Source: Bacteroidia bacterium (GTDB lineage: Bacteria > Bacteroidota > Ignavibacteria > SZUA-365). From it: a stretch of 64,000 nucleotides of DNA. A model generated the notes under the pieces. That model did not search any database, was not told the DNA's origin, and was given only the letters and a program-made list of their open reading frames with translations. This document shows positions 41,320-51,267 of the stretch, piece by piece (position 1 is the first letter of the stretch; every line of letters starts with the position of its first letter). The DNA lies in contig JAOSJT010000001.1 of NCBI GenBank assembly GCA_027493955.1, positions 261,131 through 325,130 on the forward strand. Reading direction: 5' to 3'. The translations under genes were made by a program, and so were the position numbers.

Positions 41320-42576
41320 ATGAGAAAGTACCTGCCGTTCATCGTCACCGTCCTTATGATTGCCTGTGGCCAGCAGAAGGAAACCGGAACTTCCCTCATC
41401 GGTTTTCAGAATGTGTCATACCCGGAAGCCCTGAAGCTCGCAAAGGCGCAAGGGAAGCATCTCTTTCTCTACTTCCACTTCGAAGGATGTGGCGCGTGCA
41501 AGGAACTGGAGAAAGCAGCCTTCAGTGATGCGGAAATCGCGAAATACATCCGCTCGCAGTTCGTCTGTGTGGACGTGAATACCAGGCATGAAGAAGCGCG
41601 AGATTTCCTGCGTCCGTTTCCTGTTCGCGCCGCGCCGACATGCCTCATTGTAAACCCTGAAGGGGAAGCGGTGTACGCCCTCGTCGGCTTTGCCGACAAG
41701 AACGATTTTATCTCGAAGTTGCGGCAGTGGAAGACGGCAAACCCCGCGCTTGCTGCTCTGAGGGACCGTTACCACGCCGGCGACCGGGACGCGGATTTCA
41801 TCCGCAAGTATATTGCGCTGCTGCGCGCGGAGGATTTACCTTATGCGAAAATCCTCGAGGACTACATCGAGCGCCAATCTTCCGTCGACCTGGAGTCGCG
41901 GGAGAATTTTGATCTGCTCTATGACCTGATTCCGGAGAGAATCAGTCCCGTCGTCCGGTTTCGCGGGGCGGCCTATACTGCTTTCCTCCGGGGCATCGAG
42001 ACACACGCCGACCGCTATGACAGAGAACAACTGGATGGGCGTGTATTGATGGGTTTGCTCGACGCGTTGTACGAGTCGATTGAAACATCGAACACCGCAT
42101 TGTTTGATTCTGTCATGACTGTGGTGAGCGGGATACCGCTGCGCGGCAGATCGCTCATTCGCGACAGAGACGGCCAGCCGATCACGATGATATTTCCGGA
42201 GCAGTACGGAATAAAAATCAAATTGGAGTTTTACCACAAGGCAGGTGATACAGAGAACTACCGCGCCACGCTCAATCAGTATCTCACCGAAATCCGTGAC
42301 GACGCAGAAGCGCTGAACGAACTGGCGCGGTCATTTGCCGAATTCGCGAACGACAAGGATTCTCTGCACCAGGCGTCGATGTGGGCCCAACGCTCCATCG
42401 CTCTTGCGAGCAGTTACGAAAACAACGATACCTACGCCGCGTTGCTGTACCGCCTCGGAGAGTACAGCAAGGCTCTCGCACAGGCGGAAAAGGCGTTGGC
42501 GATAGCCAAACGGACGTCACTGACACCCACTTCTACGGAGCGGCTGATAGTCAATATCAAAAAAGCGATGAGATAG
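41320..42576 (+). CDS. Thioredoxin-fold (CxxC) + TPR-like lipoprotein, paralog 1
   Basis: Lipoprotein signal 'FIVTVLMIACGQQ'. The N-terminal 'HLFLYFHFEGCGACKELEKAAFSD' is a thioredoxin-like CGAC motif (DUF255/YyaL-like N-domain). The C-terminal 250 aa is helical-repeat. It is 418 aa, the same length as 45514-46764. Confidence 0.65.
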   Translation: MRKYLPFIVTVLMIACGQQKETGTSLIGFQNVSYPEALKLAKAQGKHLFLYFHFEGCGACKELEKAAFSDAEIAKYIRSQFVCVDVNTRHEEARDFLRPFPVRAAPTCLIVNPEGEAVYALVGFADKNDFISKLRQWKTANPALAALRDRYHAGDRDADFIRKYIALLRAEDLPYAKILEDYIERQSSVDLESRENFDLLYDLIPERISPVVRFRGAAYTAFLRGIETHADRYDREQLDGRVLMGLLDALYESIETSNTALFDSVMTVVSGIPLRGRSLIRDRDGQPITMIFPEQYGIKIKLEFYHKAGDTENYRATLNQYLTEIRDDAEALNELARSFAEFANDKDSLHQASMWAQRSIALASSYENNDTYAALLYRLGEYSKALAQAEKALAIAKRTSLTPTSTERLIVNIKKAMR

Positions 42577-42755
42577 TAATCCGTACGACGAATGCATCGG
42601 ATCCACGTGGGCGCCGAAGCCGGCGATGCTGTGTCTCCGTTTGTGAAATAGCGGAATATGATGTACCATGTAAAAAAAATGAAGCAACCCGCGCCGGACA
42701 CCGGAACAGGGCTACAGATTTGCCGCCGGGTACGAGTTTATTCTAGGAGGTTACG

Positions 42756-43295
42756 ATGCGCAATCCGCTCGACAGTGCCGAAAGTGTGACGATGGTGCAG
42801 AAGTGGGAGAAGGTGTGGCAGAACTCCGCGGAGGTGAAGCAGACCTATGAAGAGAAGCTGGAGGGTGCGCAGGGCGCCGATGTGTTCAAATACATCGTCC
42901 TTATCAATATCAGCGCTCTGGAGGGCTATGTTACCCAGTCACGCTTGCAGGCCCAGCAGAGCTTCAATCTCAGCAAGGGTATCGCGGTTGCCGGCTTCGT
43001 CCTGCTTTCGATCGCCATTCTCCTCAGCATCGTGCTCACCAGTCTCGGGAGAGAAACGCTCAACGCCGCATACCTGTCCGGCATCGCGGGCGTTCTGACC
43101 GAATTCATAGCCGGTGTGTTTTTCCTGCTGTACAGCCGCACGCTCGGGCAGATCAACCTCTTTCACGACAAACTCGTGGATATGCAGAAAATGGCGCTGC
43201 AGCAAATCGCGGCATTACCGCCGACGCATCCGGTGTCGACCTCTCCGGACGACCTGGAGCAGAGCGCCGCCCCGCCGGCGGAAATGGCGTTGTGA
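42756..43295 (+). CDS. 2-TM membrane protein with N- and C-terminal coiled-coil segments (possible SLATT-like)
   Basis: 179 aa. A charged helical N-terminus is followed by two adjacent TM helices ('IAVAGFVLLSIAILLSIVL', 'IAGVLTEFIAGVFFLLY') and a helical tail. The domain name is a guess. Confidence 0.4.
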   Translation: MRNPLDSAESVTMVQKWEKVWQNSAEVKQTYEEKLEGAQGADVFKYIVLINISALEGYVTQSRLQAQQSFNLSKGIAVAGFVLLSIAILLSIVLTSLGRETLNAAYLSGIAGVLTEFIAGVFFLLYSRTLGQINLFHDKLVDMQKMALQQIAALPPTHPVSTSPDDLEQSAAPPAEMAL

Positions 43296-43320
43296 TGCTG
43301 CCGACGCTGTGCGCCCGACG

Positions 43321-44175
43321 ATGCAACGTCACGGTTCTCGATACATGCTACAGCTGACCACAACCGACGGGATTCTTTGTCCGATGATTTCACTTGAAGA
43401 CAGTATTCTCCACTCTCTCGATGCCGCCGACGCACGTCTGTTGCCGCATCTCCCCTATATCCTGCAGGATCTCGACGAACTGGGATCGGATCCGGCAATC
43501 GTCTCGGATATTCTGCACCGACACTGCAACAGGCCGTCGGAGTGTTACGTCCTCGACCTTGGTTGCGGAAAAGGTGCAGTGTCCGTTCGACTTGCGGCGG
43601 AACTCGGATGTCGCTGCCATGGCATCGACGCCCTCCCGGCGTTCGTTGAAGCCGCCGCGAGCGCGGCACGCGCCCGCGGTGTTGCGCATTTGTGCGGCTT
43701 CGAGACGGGAGACGCAAGAACCGTGGTAGCGTCACCACCGGATTACGATGCCATTGTATTGGGATCGGTCGGGCCGATTTTTAGTGATTACGAACAAACG
43801 TTGCTTACCCTGCTCCCAAGATTGCGCGCTGGCGGGATCATCATTCTGGATGATTGCTACCGGGTTGAGGAAACGGACTCGAGTGCGCACTCCGGCCTTT
43901 CACGATCCGCGTTGCTTCGGCAGATTCATGCGGCCGGCATGGAAGTCCGCGACGAAGTGCTTTCCGATGCGCGAACGATCCGTGCGACGAATGCTCTGAT
44001 GTACGCCGCCTTGCTCCCGCGCTGCCTCGAATTGATGGACAAGTACCCCGACGATCGGGAACTGTTCGAGCAGTATCTGCTGCGTCAGCGCGAAGAAAAT
44101 CACGCGCTGGAGAATGACCTCGTCTGCGCGACGCTGGTACTCGGGGTGCGCACGAAGCTTCCCGCTGAGCACTGA
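43321..44175 (+). CDS. Class I SAM-dependent methyltransferase
   Basis: Motif I 'YVLDLGCGKGAVS', an acidic post-I 'HGIDAL', and motif II/III 'IILDDCY'. The start is at ATG 43321, 26 nt after the upstream stop. Confidence 0.65.
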   Translation: MQRHGSRYMLQLTTTDGILCPMISLEDSILHSLDAADARLLPHLPYILQDLDELGSDPAIVSDILHRHCNRPSECYVLDLGCGKGAVSVRLAAELGCRCHGIDALPAFVEAAASAARARGVAHLCGFETGDARTVVASPPDYDAIVLGSVGPIFSDYEQTLLTLLPRLRAGGIIILDDCYRVEETDSSAHSGLSRSALLRQIHAAGMEVRDEVLSDARTIRATNALMYAALLPRCLELMDKYPDDRELFEQYLLRQREENHALENDLVCATLVLGVRTKLPAEH

Positions 44176-44303
44176 GCAGAGTCTCGAATAGTCGGAAATT
44201 CTGAATATCTTTGAATCGTCTGCCGGAATCAGCGCTGTTCGCATGCTGCGTGTGCGCGATTCGTGGCCTCCGTTGGTCTTGTTCTACAATTTGCCGGTGA
44301 GGC

Positions 44304-45353
44304 ATGACCCTCTTACTGCTGTATCTTTTTCTCGCTCTCTTTATTTCTTTCCTCTGCTCGATCATGGAAGCGGTGCTGCTCTCCACGCCGTTGTCCACCC
44401 TGAACGCGCGCGTTGAACAGGGCGATCGGATCGCGCTCGACTTTCTCACGATGAAATCCGATATCGACCGTCCGCTCTCCGCGATACTGTCGCTGAACAC
44501 CATTGCGCACACAGTGGGAGCCGCGGGTGTCGGCGCACAGGCAACGGTGGTATTCGGTGAAGCGTATTTCGGAGTGGTCTCCGCCGTGCTCACGATACTC
44601 ATTCTCGTCCTGACGGAAATCATACCGAAGACCCTCGGTGCAACGTATGCGAAGGAACTGGTCGGCGCGGCCTACAGAGTCATCAAAGCGATGATTATTC
44701 TCACCTGGCCTCTCCTGGTCATTTCGGCCGTATTGACGCGTATGCTTTCCAGAAAGGATCCGGTACAAACGACGAGTCGCGAGGAAATTTCCGCCCTGGC
44801 GAATATCGGCGCGAACGAAGGGGTATTCGGCGAGAAGGAGAACAAGATCATCCAGAATCTCATGCGCCTCAAGGATATCCGGACAAGCGAAATCATGACC
44901 CCGCGCGTCGTTGTGGTTGTCGCGAACGAGACGATGCCGCTGCAGGAATTTCTGAAGAACAAGGATTTCCTGCATTTCTCCCGCATCCCGATCTATCGGG
45001 AGAGCAAAGACAAGATCAGCGGCTATGTATTCCGTGAGCTTGTATTCGAAAAACTCGCGGAGGACCAATTTCATCTGACGCTTGCGGACATCCGGCGCGA
45101 GATCGTTGATGTGACGGAAGCCACCACCTTGCTCAACGCATGGGAGCTGATGCTCGAACGCAAAGAGCACATCGCCCTGGTTACGGACGAGTACGGTGGA
45201 ATGGCCGGCATCGTCACGTTGGAGGATATCATCGAGACGCTCCTCGGCTTTGAAATCGTGGATGAAACGGATCGCGTCGCCGACATGCAGCAATACGCCA
45301 TGGAGCGCTGGAAGTCCAAACAGAAAAAATATCATCTCCTCGACAGCGAATAA
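44304..45353 (+). CDS. CNNM/DUF21 transmembrane + CBS-pair protein (CorC/HlyC-like, truncated form)
   Basis: Four N-terminal TMs with 'GEIIPKTLGA'. Then a CBS pair 'IMTPRVVVV...' and 'GGMAGIVTLEDIIETLLG'. There is no C-terminal CorC_HlyC transporter-associated domain. Confidence 0.7.
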   Translation: MTLLLLYLFLALFISFLCSIMEAVLLSTPLSTLNARVEQGDRIALDFLTMKSDIDRPLSAILSLNTIAHTVGAAGVGAQATVVFGEAYFGVVSAVLTILILVLTEIIPKTLGATYAKELVGAAYRVIKAMIILTWPLLVISAVLTRMLSRKDPVQTTSREEISALANIGANEGVFGEKENKIIQNLMRLKDIRTSEIMTPRVVVVVANETMPLQEFLKNKDFLHFSRIPIYRESKDKISGYVFRELVFEKLAEDQFHLTLADIRREIVDVTEATTLLNAWELMLERKEHIALVTDEYGGMAGIVTLEDIIETLLGFEIVDETDRVADMQQYAMERWKSKQKKYHLLDSE

Positions 45354-45513
45354 GAATTCTTCCCGCACGCAGGAAGTGTATCGCTTCGCATGCGACAGGG
45401 CATTTTCACTCCAGTCCGGGAAGGAAGTGGTGACAGGCTTCAGACCTGAACGGTAAATACGGGAATTTAAGCTGTATTGTAGTTTGTACTTCCCATAGCA
45501 GGAGGAATTGTCG

Positions 45514-46764
45514 ATGAAGTTCTCCGTACTTCTCGTATTGTTCGTGTGCGTACAACCCTGCAGCAGTCAGGATGCGGGTATTCGGTTCTCACGCGACAGC
45601 TACCGCGTCACGCTTGACCGCGCCAGGAACGAACATCGCCCCGTGTTCCTCTATTTCCATTTTGACGGCTGCGGAGCTTGCAAGAAAATGGAGGACTCTA
45701 CGTTCTCCGATCCCGACGTTGCGGAGTACTACAACACGACCTTCGTCTGCCTCGATATCAACACCGAAAAGGAGGACGGTGCTGAAACGAATAAAGAATA
45801 TGGCGTGCGTATGCATCCGACCTTCCTGTATCTCGACAGTGAAGGAAGCGTCGTACATACCGCTGTCGGGGTGTTCACGCCAACCGATTTCCTGAAACAG
45901 GCGCGTATCGCCCTCGATCCCGATCAGCGCCTGAGCGCACTGGACAAGCGCTACGCCGATGGTGATCGGGACGCACAGTTCCTCCTGCGATATTGCTATT
46001 CTCTTCGGGATGCGTACCGCCTTACACCTGAGCATATTCGAGCGTATGTCGCCACGGTGCGACCGGAGGATTTACTCACGGACGTCAACATGCGCTTCAC
46101 CTATGAGTTCGCTCTGCATCAGTACGAAATTGGCATACCGTTTGGCAGTCCCGCGTATATGTCCATGTTTGAAAACCGGGACCGGTTTGCAAAGATTTTC
46201 GACAGCGCACAGGTGGTTGCGCGCCTTGTTTGGGTTGCGCACATGACGGCCGCGCTGGCCATCGAATTCCGCAATGAAATCCTTCTGGAGAAGGCGCTTG
46301 CGGTGATCGAAACGCTCGACAGGGGTTCGGGACATCAGTTCCGGGAAATGGACGGCAGGCTCACCGGCATGTTTTCGCCGCGTCCGCTCGGGCTCTCGCT
46401 GCGCCTGTGGTACTATCAGATTACCGACGACACCCTCCGTTACGCCGCTCTGCTTCCGACGTATGTCGAGAAGATCTGGAATAACAGCGGCGCCCTCAAC
46501 GACCTCGCATGGAGCTACTACGAGAAGGAATCTGCGAGGGATCGTCTCGAACAGGCCATTCCGTGGATCGAACGATCACTCGCATTGCGCCGCTTCTACA
46601 ATAATCTGGATACTTATGCGTCGCTGCTCTACAAATTAGGACGAGTTTCTGAGGCAGGGACGCAGGCAGAGCTGGCCATCGAGTGCGCAAAGGAGGAGGA
46701 TGAAGATTACAGCAGCACGGCCGCACTGTTGGACACCATTCGCGCGGCATTGAAGACGGAGTAA
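45514..46764 (+). CDS. Thioredoxin-fold (CxxC) + TPR-like secreted protein, paralog 2
   Basis: Signal 'MKFSVLLVLFVCVQPCSSQ'. 'PVFLYFHFDGCGACKKMEDSTFSD...FVCLDINTEKEDG' aligns with paralog 1 position by position. A GGAGGA RBS sits 8 nt upstream of the ATG at 45514. A TTG in frame lies at 45508. Confidence 0.65.
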   Translation: MKFSVLLVLFVCVQPCSSQDAGIRFSRDSYRVTLDRARNEHRPVFLYFHFDGCGACKKMEDSTFSDPDVAEYYNTTFVCLDINTEKEDGAETNKEYGVRMHPTFLYLDSEGSVVHTAVGVFTPTDFLKQARIALDPDQRLSALDKRYADGDRDAQFLLRYCYSLRDAYRLTPEHIRAYVATVRPEDLLTDVNMRFTYEFALHQYEIGIPFGSPAYMSMFENRDRFAKIFDSAQVVARLVWVAHMTAALAIEFRNEILLEKALAVIETLDRGSGHQFREMDGRLTGMFSPRPLGLSLRLWYYQITDDTLRYAALLPTYVEKIWNNSGALNDLAWSYYEKESARDRLEQAIPWIERSLALRRFYNNLDTYASLLYKLGRVSEAGTQAELAIECAKEEDEDYSSTAALLDTIRAALKTE

Positions 46765-47168
46765 CGCCTCTCCGTTTTCCTTATCTCTTGTTTCCGGGAG
46801 CGGAAGGACAAAGCGCCGTGATGGCCGTAGCCGGTCCGCGGGCATGGGGGAGATGTGCTGTGGCTCTTCGCGGGAGTCGTCGCTCAAGAAGGGCATCGAA
46901 ATCAATGTCAGGGGAAATATTGACATTCCTGTTGAAACTGCCTATTTTTCGAACAGTCCATCATTCTCCAAGCGCAGAACCGACGGGTGACGCAGAAGGA
47001 CGCTCACGAAGGTACGTGGCGTGCAGACGTCGGTCCATGCACCATTCCGCTGAATAGCCGCAAAGTACCTTTTTCGTTCCTTGTGCTGTACCTGCCCGTT
47101 CTCACCCTTTGCCCGAGGCTCATGCGGGCATGGCGCTCATATTCACATACAGACATCGGAGAATCATC

Positions 47169-48167
47169 ATGAAACTGTTCCTTCGCATTGTGAAATGGAC
47201 GGCCGTCGTCCTCGTCGTGCTCGTTGCCGGATTGTACGCCTTCGTGGAATTGACCTGGGATCGCAGATATGAGGCGCCGTATCCGCAAATCTCGGCGAGT
47301 ACGGATTCCGCCGTGATTGCGCGCGGCAAGTATCTCGCGTTTGGACCGGCACACTGCGCAACCTGTCACGTACCCATGGATAAAATCCGCGCCGTGGAGG
47401 ACGGGCTAGAAATGCCCCTCAGCGGCGGATGGGAGCTGACGCTCTCAGGATTCGGGACCTTCAGAGCCCCGAATCTCACACCGGATGAGGAAACAGGAAT
47501 AGGAAAGCAGAGCGATGAGGAACTGGCCCGCGCGTTGCGGCACATGGTTGCGAGCGACGGTCGCTTTTTGCCGCCCTTCATGCCGTTCCAGGAAATGAGC
47601 GACGAGGATCTGACTGCGGTCATCTCCTTCCTCCGCTCCCAGCCGCCCGTGCGAAACGCGGTCAAGCGTTCTGAACTCGGTTTCATCGCTCGCGCCCTCG
47701 TTGCGTTCGGTATGCTCGGACCGGAGGGACCCAAACGTACGCCCGCACGGTCCGTCCCCCGTGATGCAAGCAAGGAGTATGGGCGGTATCTCGCGTACAA
47801 CATCGGGAATTGTCTCACCTGTCATACGCAGATGGACCCGAACACCGCGGAGCTGATCGGCGAGCATTTCGCGGGGAAAGGTGTTTTCGAACCCGATGCC
47901 TTCTCGGAAGGATATTCGTTCGTCTCACCCAATCTCACGCCCGATCCGTCGACAGGCATCATCGCCGGCTGGACGGAGGAGGCCTTCGTCGCCCGATTCA
48001 GAAACGGGCGTGTGCATCGCGGTAGTCCGATGCCCTGGGGTGCTTTTTCCCGCATGGACGAAGTGGACCTCAGAGCGCTCTATCGCTTCTTTAAAAGTCT
48101 CGATCCGGTAAGGAATAAAGTTGAAAAAACCGTTTTTGAACCGGGCCAGGAATTACCGAAATTCTGA
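47169..48167 (+). CDS. Di-heme c-type cytochrome (membrane-anchored)
   Basis: An N-terminal TM anchor. There are two CxxCH heme-binding motifs ('CATCHV', 'CLTCHT'), each followed by a distal Met-containing region. Confidence 0.75.
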   Translation: MKLFLRIVKWTAVVLVVLVAGLYAFVELTWDRRYEAPYPQISASTDSAVIARGKYLAFGPAHCATCHVPMDKIRAVEDGLEMPLSGGWELTLSGFGTFRAPNLTPDEETGIGKQSDEELARALRHMVASDGRFLPPFMPFQEMSDEDLTAVISFLRSQPPVRNAVKRSELGFIARALVAFGMLGPEGPKRTPARSVPRDASKEYGRYLAYNIGNCLTCHTQMDPNTAELIGEHFAGKGVFEPDAFSEGYSFVSPNLTPDPSTGIIAGWTEEAFVARFRNGRVHRGSPMPWGAFSRMDEVDLRALYRFFKSLDPVRNKVEKTVFEPGQELPKF

Positions 48168-48312
48168 TATCCGTGTACCGTGTCTCCCGGGGAATTGCAT
48201 CGCGCTGCGAGCGCAGTGCGACATCGCGGAAATACCTGGTGGAAGCACGGCGCACATGAAATTCGAGATACTGCATTTCCAGATAACCCCCGTGAGAATC
48301 ACCCGGTGACTA

Positions 48313-49727
48313 TGACCCGATTGCGTTTCGTCCTCACAACCGTCTTGTTCCCGTTGTTATGCGCCATCGTCGCTGCACAACAGCCGTACACGATCGAAGC
48401 CTACGAGTACCGCGTCAGCAAAGACATCGAGTACGGCGTCGCGCTGGATTACGCCGGAAATGAGGCCCGATTGCATCTCGATATCTACACACCGCGGAAT
48501 GCCTACTGCAACCGGCCGCTCGTCATCCTTGTCCACGGTGGCGCATGGGTGGGCGGCTCGAAAGACGATGCAGACATCGTGTGGCTGGCGCGCTCCTTTG
48601 CTTCGCGGGGCTATGTTGCTGTGACCGTCAACTATCGTCTCGGAATGCATCTGACGTCCTCCTACAGCATGTACGCTCTGTGCAACGAAAGTATCTCTGC
48701 CCCGTGCGCCTATATTTGCGACAGCATGGAAGTCTATCGCGCGAATTACCGGGCGATGCAGGATGTGAAAGGTGCGGTACGCTTCATGAAGCTCCGCTCC
48801 GGGCAGGATTCCACCGACGCCGGGAATGTGTTTCTCATCGGCGAGAGTGCTGGTGGTTTTGTCGCACTTACAGCGGCATTCCTGCGGGAGGAAAATGAGC
48901 GCTCCGAATTTTGCGGCTCCATTGCGGATGCTCCCGTACCCGATCAGGACTTGCGGCGCTACGGGTGCCTGCCCGCAGCGCTGTCACCAGTCCGGCCGGA
49001 CCTCGGCTCTGTTGCCGGATCATTGCATACAAGCGGTGCGGACGCGGAGGTGCAAGGTGTGGCGAATATATTCGGTGGTATGCTTGATCCCGCCATTATC
49101 GATGAGAAGGAAATTCAAAATACGGCGCTGTACCTGTACCATCAGGGATCGGACGTGGTAGTGCATTACGGATATGGGAGATTGCTCGGACGCCTCAGCT
49201 GGGAATGTTTTGCGCAGACCAACATCTGCCAATCGTATACGCACTATCCGCATGCGTACGGGAGCAAGGCGCTTATGGAATATTTCGGAGCGGCGTTTCC
49301 CGGCGTCGCGCATCTCAGAGCAGACATCACCGAGAATTACCGCTATCTGGGGAACTGCTTCGACAACGGCCATGCGATCGCCAATATTTCGAAGCAGGCC
49401 GGGGACATCGCGGAGTTATTCGCGGAGAAAATCGCGGTGAACGGCAACGTCCCGCGCGAGGGATGTACGCTCTCGGCGGACAATGGCAGCCTACCGCTGC
49501 GTCTGTCGGTCTATCCCAATCCATCCTCTTCCCATATTTTCGTTGACGCGCCGGGTCTTCGCGCGGGCAGCACCTACCGCATCATGGATATGCTCGGGCG
49601 GACGATGCAGGACGGTGTTCTTACAGCGGAACGGAGCACGGTGACGGTATCCTCGCTCCCGGCAGGACAATATCATTTTCATCTTTTCGGTCATCCCGGA
49701 CGCATCTTCAGGGTGCGACGAGAGTGA
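48313..49727 (+). CDS. Alpha/beta-hydrolase (carboxylesterase/lipase type) with T9SS C-terminal sorting domain
   Basis: Signal peptide. An oxyanion 'LVILVHGGAWVGGS' and a nucleophile elbow 'LIGESAGGFVA' (GxSxG). The C-terminal 'LSVYPNPSSSHIFVDA...GQYHFHLFGHPGRIFRVR' fits a T9SS tail. Confidence 0.75.
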
Positions 49728-50088
49728 CCGCAGCGCCTCACTGCGATGCATGGGCGCGATGAATCACCGGAGCGGGATCGCTTCGAATGCAACCATCCCA
49801 AATCGCTTCGGTTCTCCTATCCGTTCTTCCGCCAACGGAAACCATGCAGGCGCCTCGTCGCGCAGCCTGCGGCACAAGGCGTGAGGAATGGCGAGACACG
49901 ATGGCACAGTGTACGCTGTGCGCAACGTGACCCGCAGCACCGTCACTTTTCCCGCCAGAGTACATGTCCGATGAAACGTTGTTCGCAGCCATCGACGGAT
50001 GGGGCATACGGACATTGCCACTGATGTCGTGAGGGGAACTCTTCTTCATCCCGCCGGCGGAAGCACGGAAGAAGGGACTTGCATTGTG

Positions 50089-50123
50089 CTGCCATATGGC
50101 GTATATTAAAATGTAATATGGCA
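50089..50123. promoter_or_regulatory. Nested palindrome (TGCCATAT ... ATATGGCA enclosing GCCATATGGC and ATATTA-N5-TAATAT), a probable operator for the TA operon
   Basis: Read directly. It ends 12 nt before the antitoxin ATG and overlaps its AAGGAGA RBS region. Confidence 0.5.
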
Positions 50124-50134
50124 AAGGAGAGTGC

Positions 50135-50692
50135 ATGGCATCGGCAAAGAAGAAATCGACGGGAAACAGCGGCAGCGGCGGGCGAGTGCACACAGCGTCC
50201 GAACCTGTCGCGGTATACTCACACACACGCGCGGGCTTTCAGCCGTTGTCCATACGTGCTGTTCGGGTCAAGGCGGAGAAAGGCCATCGGGTGTATGGTC
50301 AGGCTCTTGGAATGGCAATCCGCGATACGCGGCAGCTCCTGCGAGTGCTCAAGGAAGGGCTCGGTTTTGAGGCCTTCGAGTTTTTGTGCGCCGAGCTTCA
50401 GGTCAATCAGGCGCATCTTGCGGAGGTGTGCGGGATAGCCACACGGACGCTTGCCCGCCGTAAACTCGAAGGGCGCCTTCAAGCCCTCGAGTCCGAACGC
50501 GTCTATCGAATAGCGGCGTTGTTCGATCAGGCGAAAGAAGTTCTGGGAAACCACGATGAAGCCCGTCGCTGGTTCAAAGAAGGCAGCAGAGCGCTCGCGG
50601 GAGCGGCACCGCTGGAATACGCCGGTACCGAAATCGGGGCGAGGGAAGTGGAGGATCTGCTCGGACGCCTCGAATACGGTGTATTCTCGTGA
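50135..50692 (+). CDS. Xre/MbcA/ParS-type antitoxin (DUF2384 C-terminal domain) of a RES-Xre toxin-antitoxin pair
   Basis: The C-terminal 'EARRWFKEGSRALAGAAPLEYAGTEIGAREVEDLLGRLEYGVFS' matches the DUF2384 toxin-binding domain. An HTH-like middle region is present. The stop overlaps the toxin GTG start. Confidence 0.75.
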   Translation: MASAKKKSTGNSGSGGRVHTASEPVAVYSHTRAGFQPLSIRAVRVKAEKGHRVYGQALGMAIRDTRQLLRVLKEGLGFEAFEFLCAELQVNQAHLAEVCGIATRTLARRKLEGRLQALESERVYRIAALFDQAKEVLGNHDEARRWFKEGSRALAGAAPLEYAGTEIGAREVEDLLGRLEYGVFS

Positions 50693-51162
50693 TCATCACC
50701 GCATGGCGCATCGTCAAAGAGCGACATTTGTCGACGGCCTTCACCGGCGAGGGAGCGGCACGGTATCCTGGTCGCTGGAATGAACGCGGAGTACCGATGG
50801 TGTACACTGCGGCATCGCTGTCGCTCGCAGCATTGGAAATACTCGTGCATGTCGGCAGCGATGCCGTTTTGCAACAGTACACTTGCATCCCGGTGAAATT
50901 CGATGCGGGATTGTGCAGGCAGGTAGCTCCCTCCGATCTCCCCGAAGACTGGGCCGCTGAACCGGCTCCGGATTCAACCAGAGCTTTAGGGAGCACCTGG
51001 ACCAAGGATTCCTCGTCGGCCGTACTCGCTGTTCCAAGTGCTGTCGTTCCCCTGGAATCCGTGTATCTCATCAATCCGCTCCATGAGGATTTCTCACGGA
51101 TCGCAATCGGCGGGGAATCCCATTTCCGTTTTGATGCGCGACTCCGACAAAGCCTGGCGTAA
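50689..51162 (+). CDS. RES-domain toxin (MbcT/ParT-like, NAD+-targeting family)
   Basis: 'AFTGEGAARYPGRWNERGVPMVYTAASLSLAALEILVH' contains the conserved Arg (GRWN), Glu and Ser of the RES domain. It is 157 aa and 4-nt overlapped with the antitoxin. Confidence 0.75.
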   Translation: MIITAWRIVKERHLSTAFTGEGAARYPGRWNERGVPMVYTAASLSLAALEILVHVGSDAVLQQYTCIPVKFDAGLCRQVAPSDLPEDWAAEPAPDSTRALGSTWTKDSSSAVLAVPSAVVPLESVYLINPLHEDFSRIAIGGESHFRFDARLRQSLA

Positions 51163-51267
51163 TTGAACCCCTGTTTTCTCTCGCCGACCGTGTGAATTCC
51201 AGGGCGACGCTGAGTACATTGTCCTTTCAGATATTTTCGTGTACACCCACAGCCCAGGAAGGTTGGC

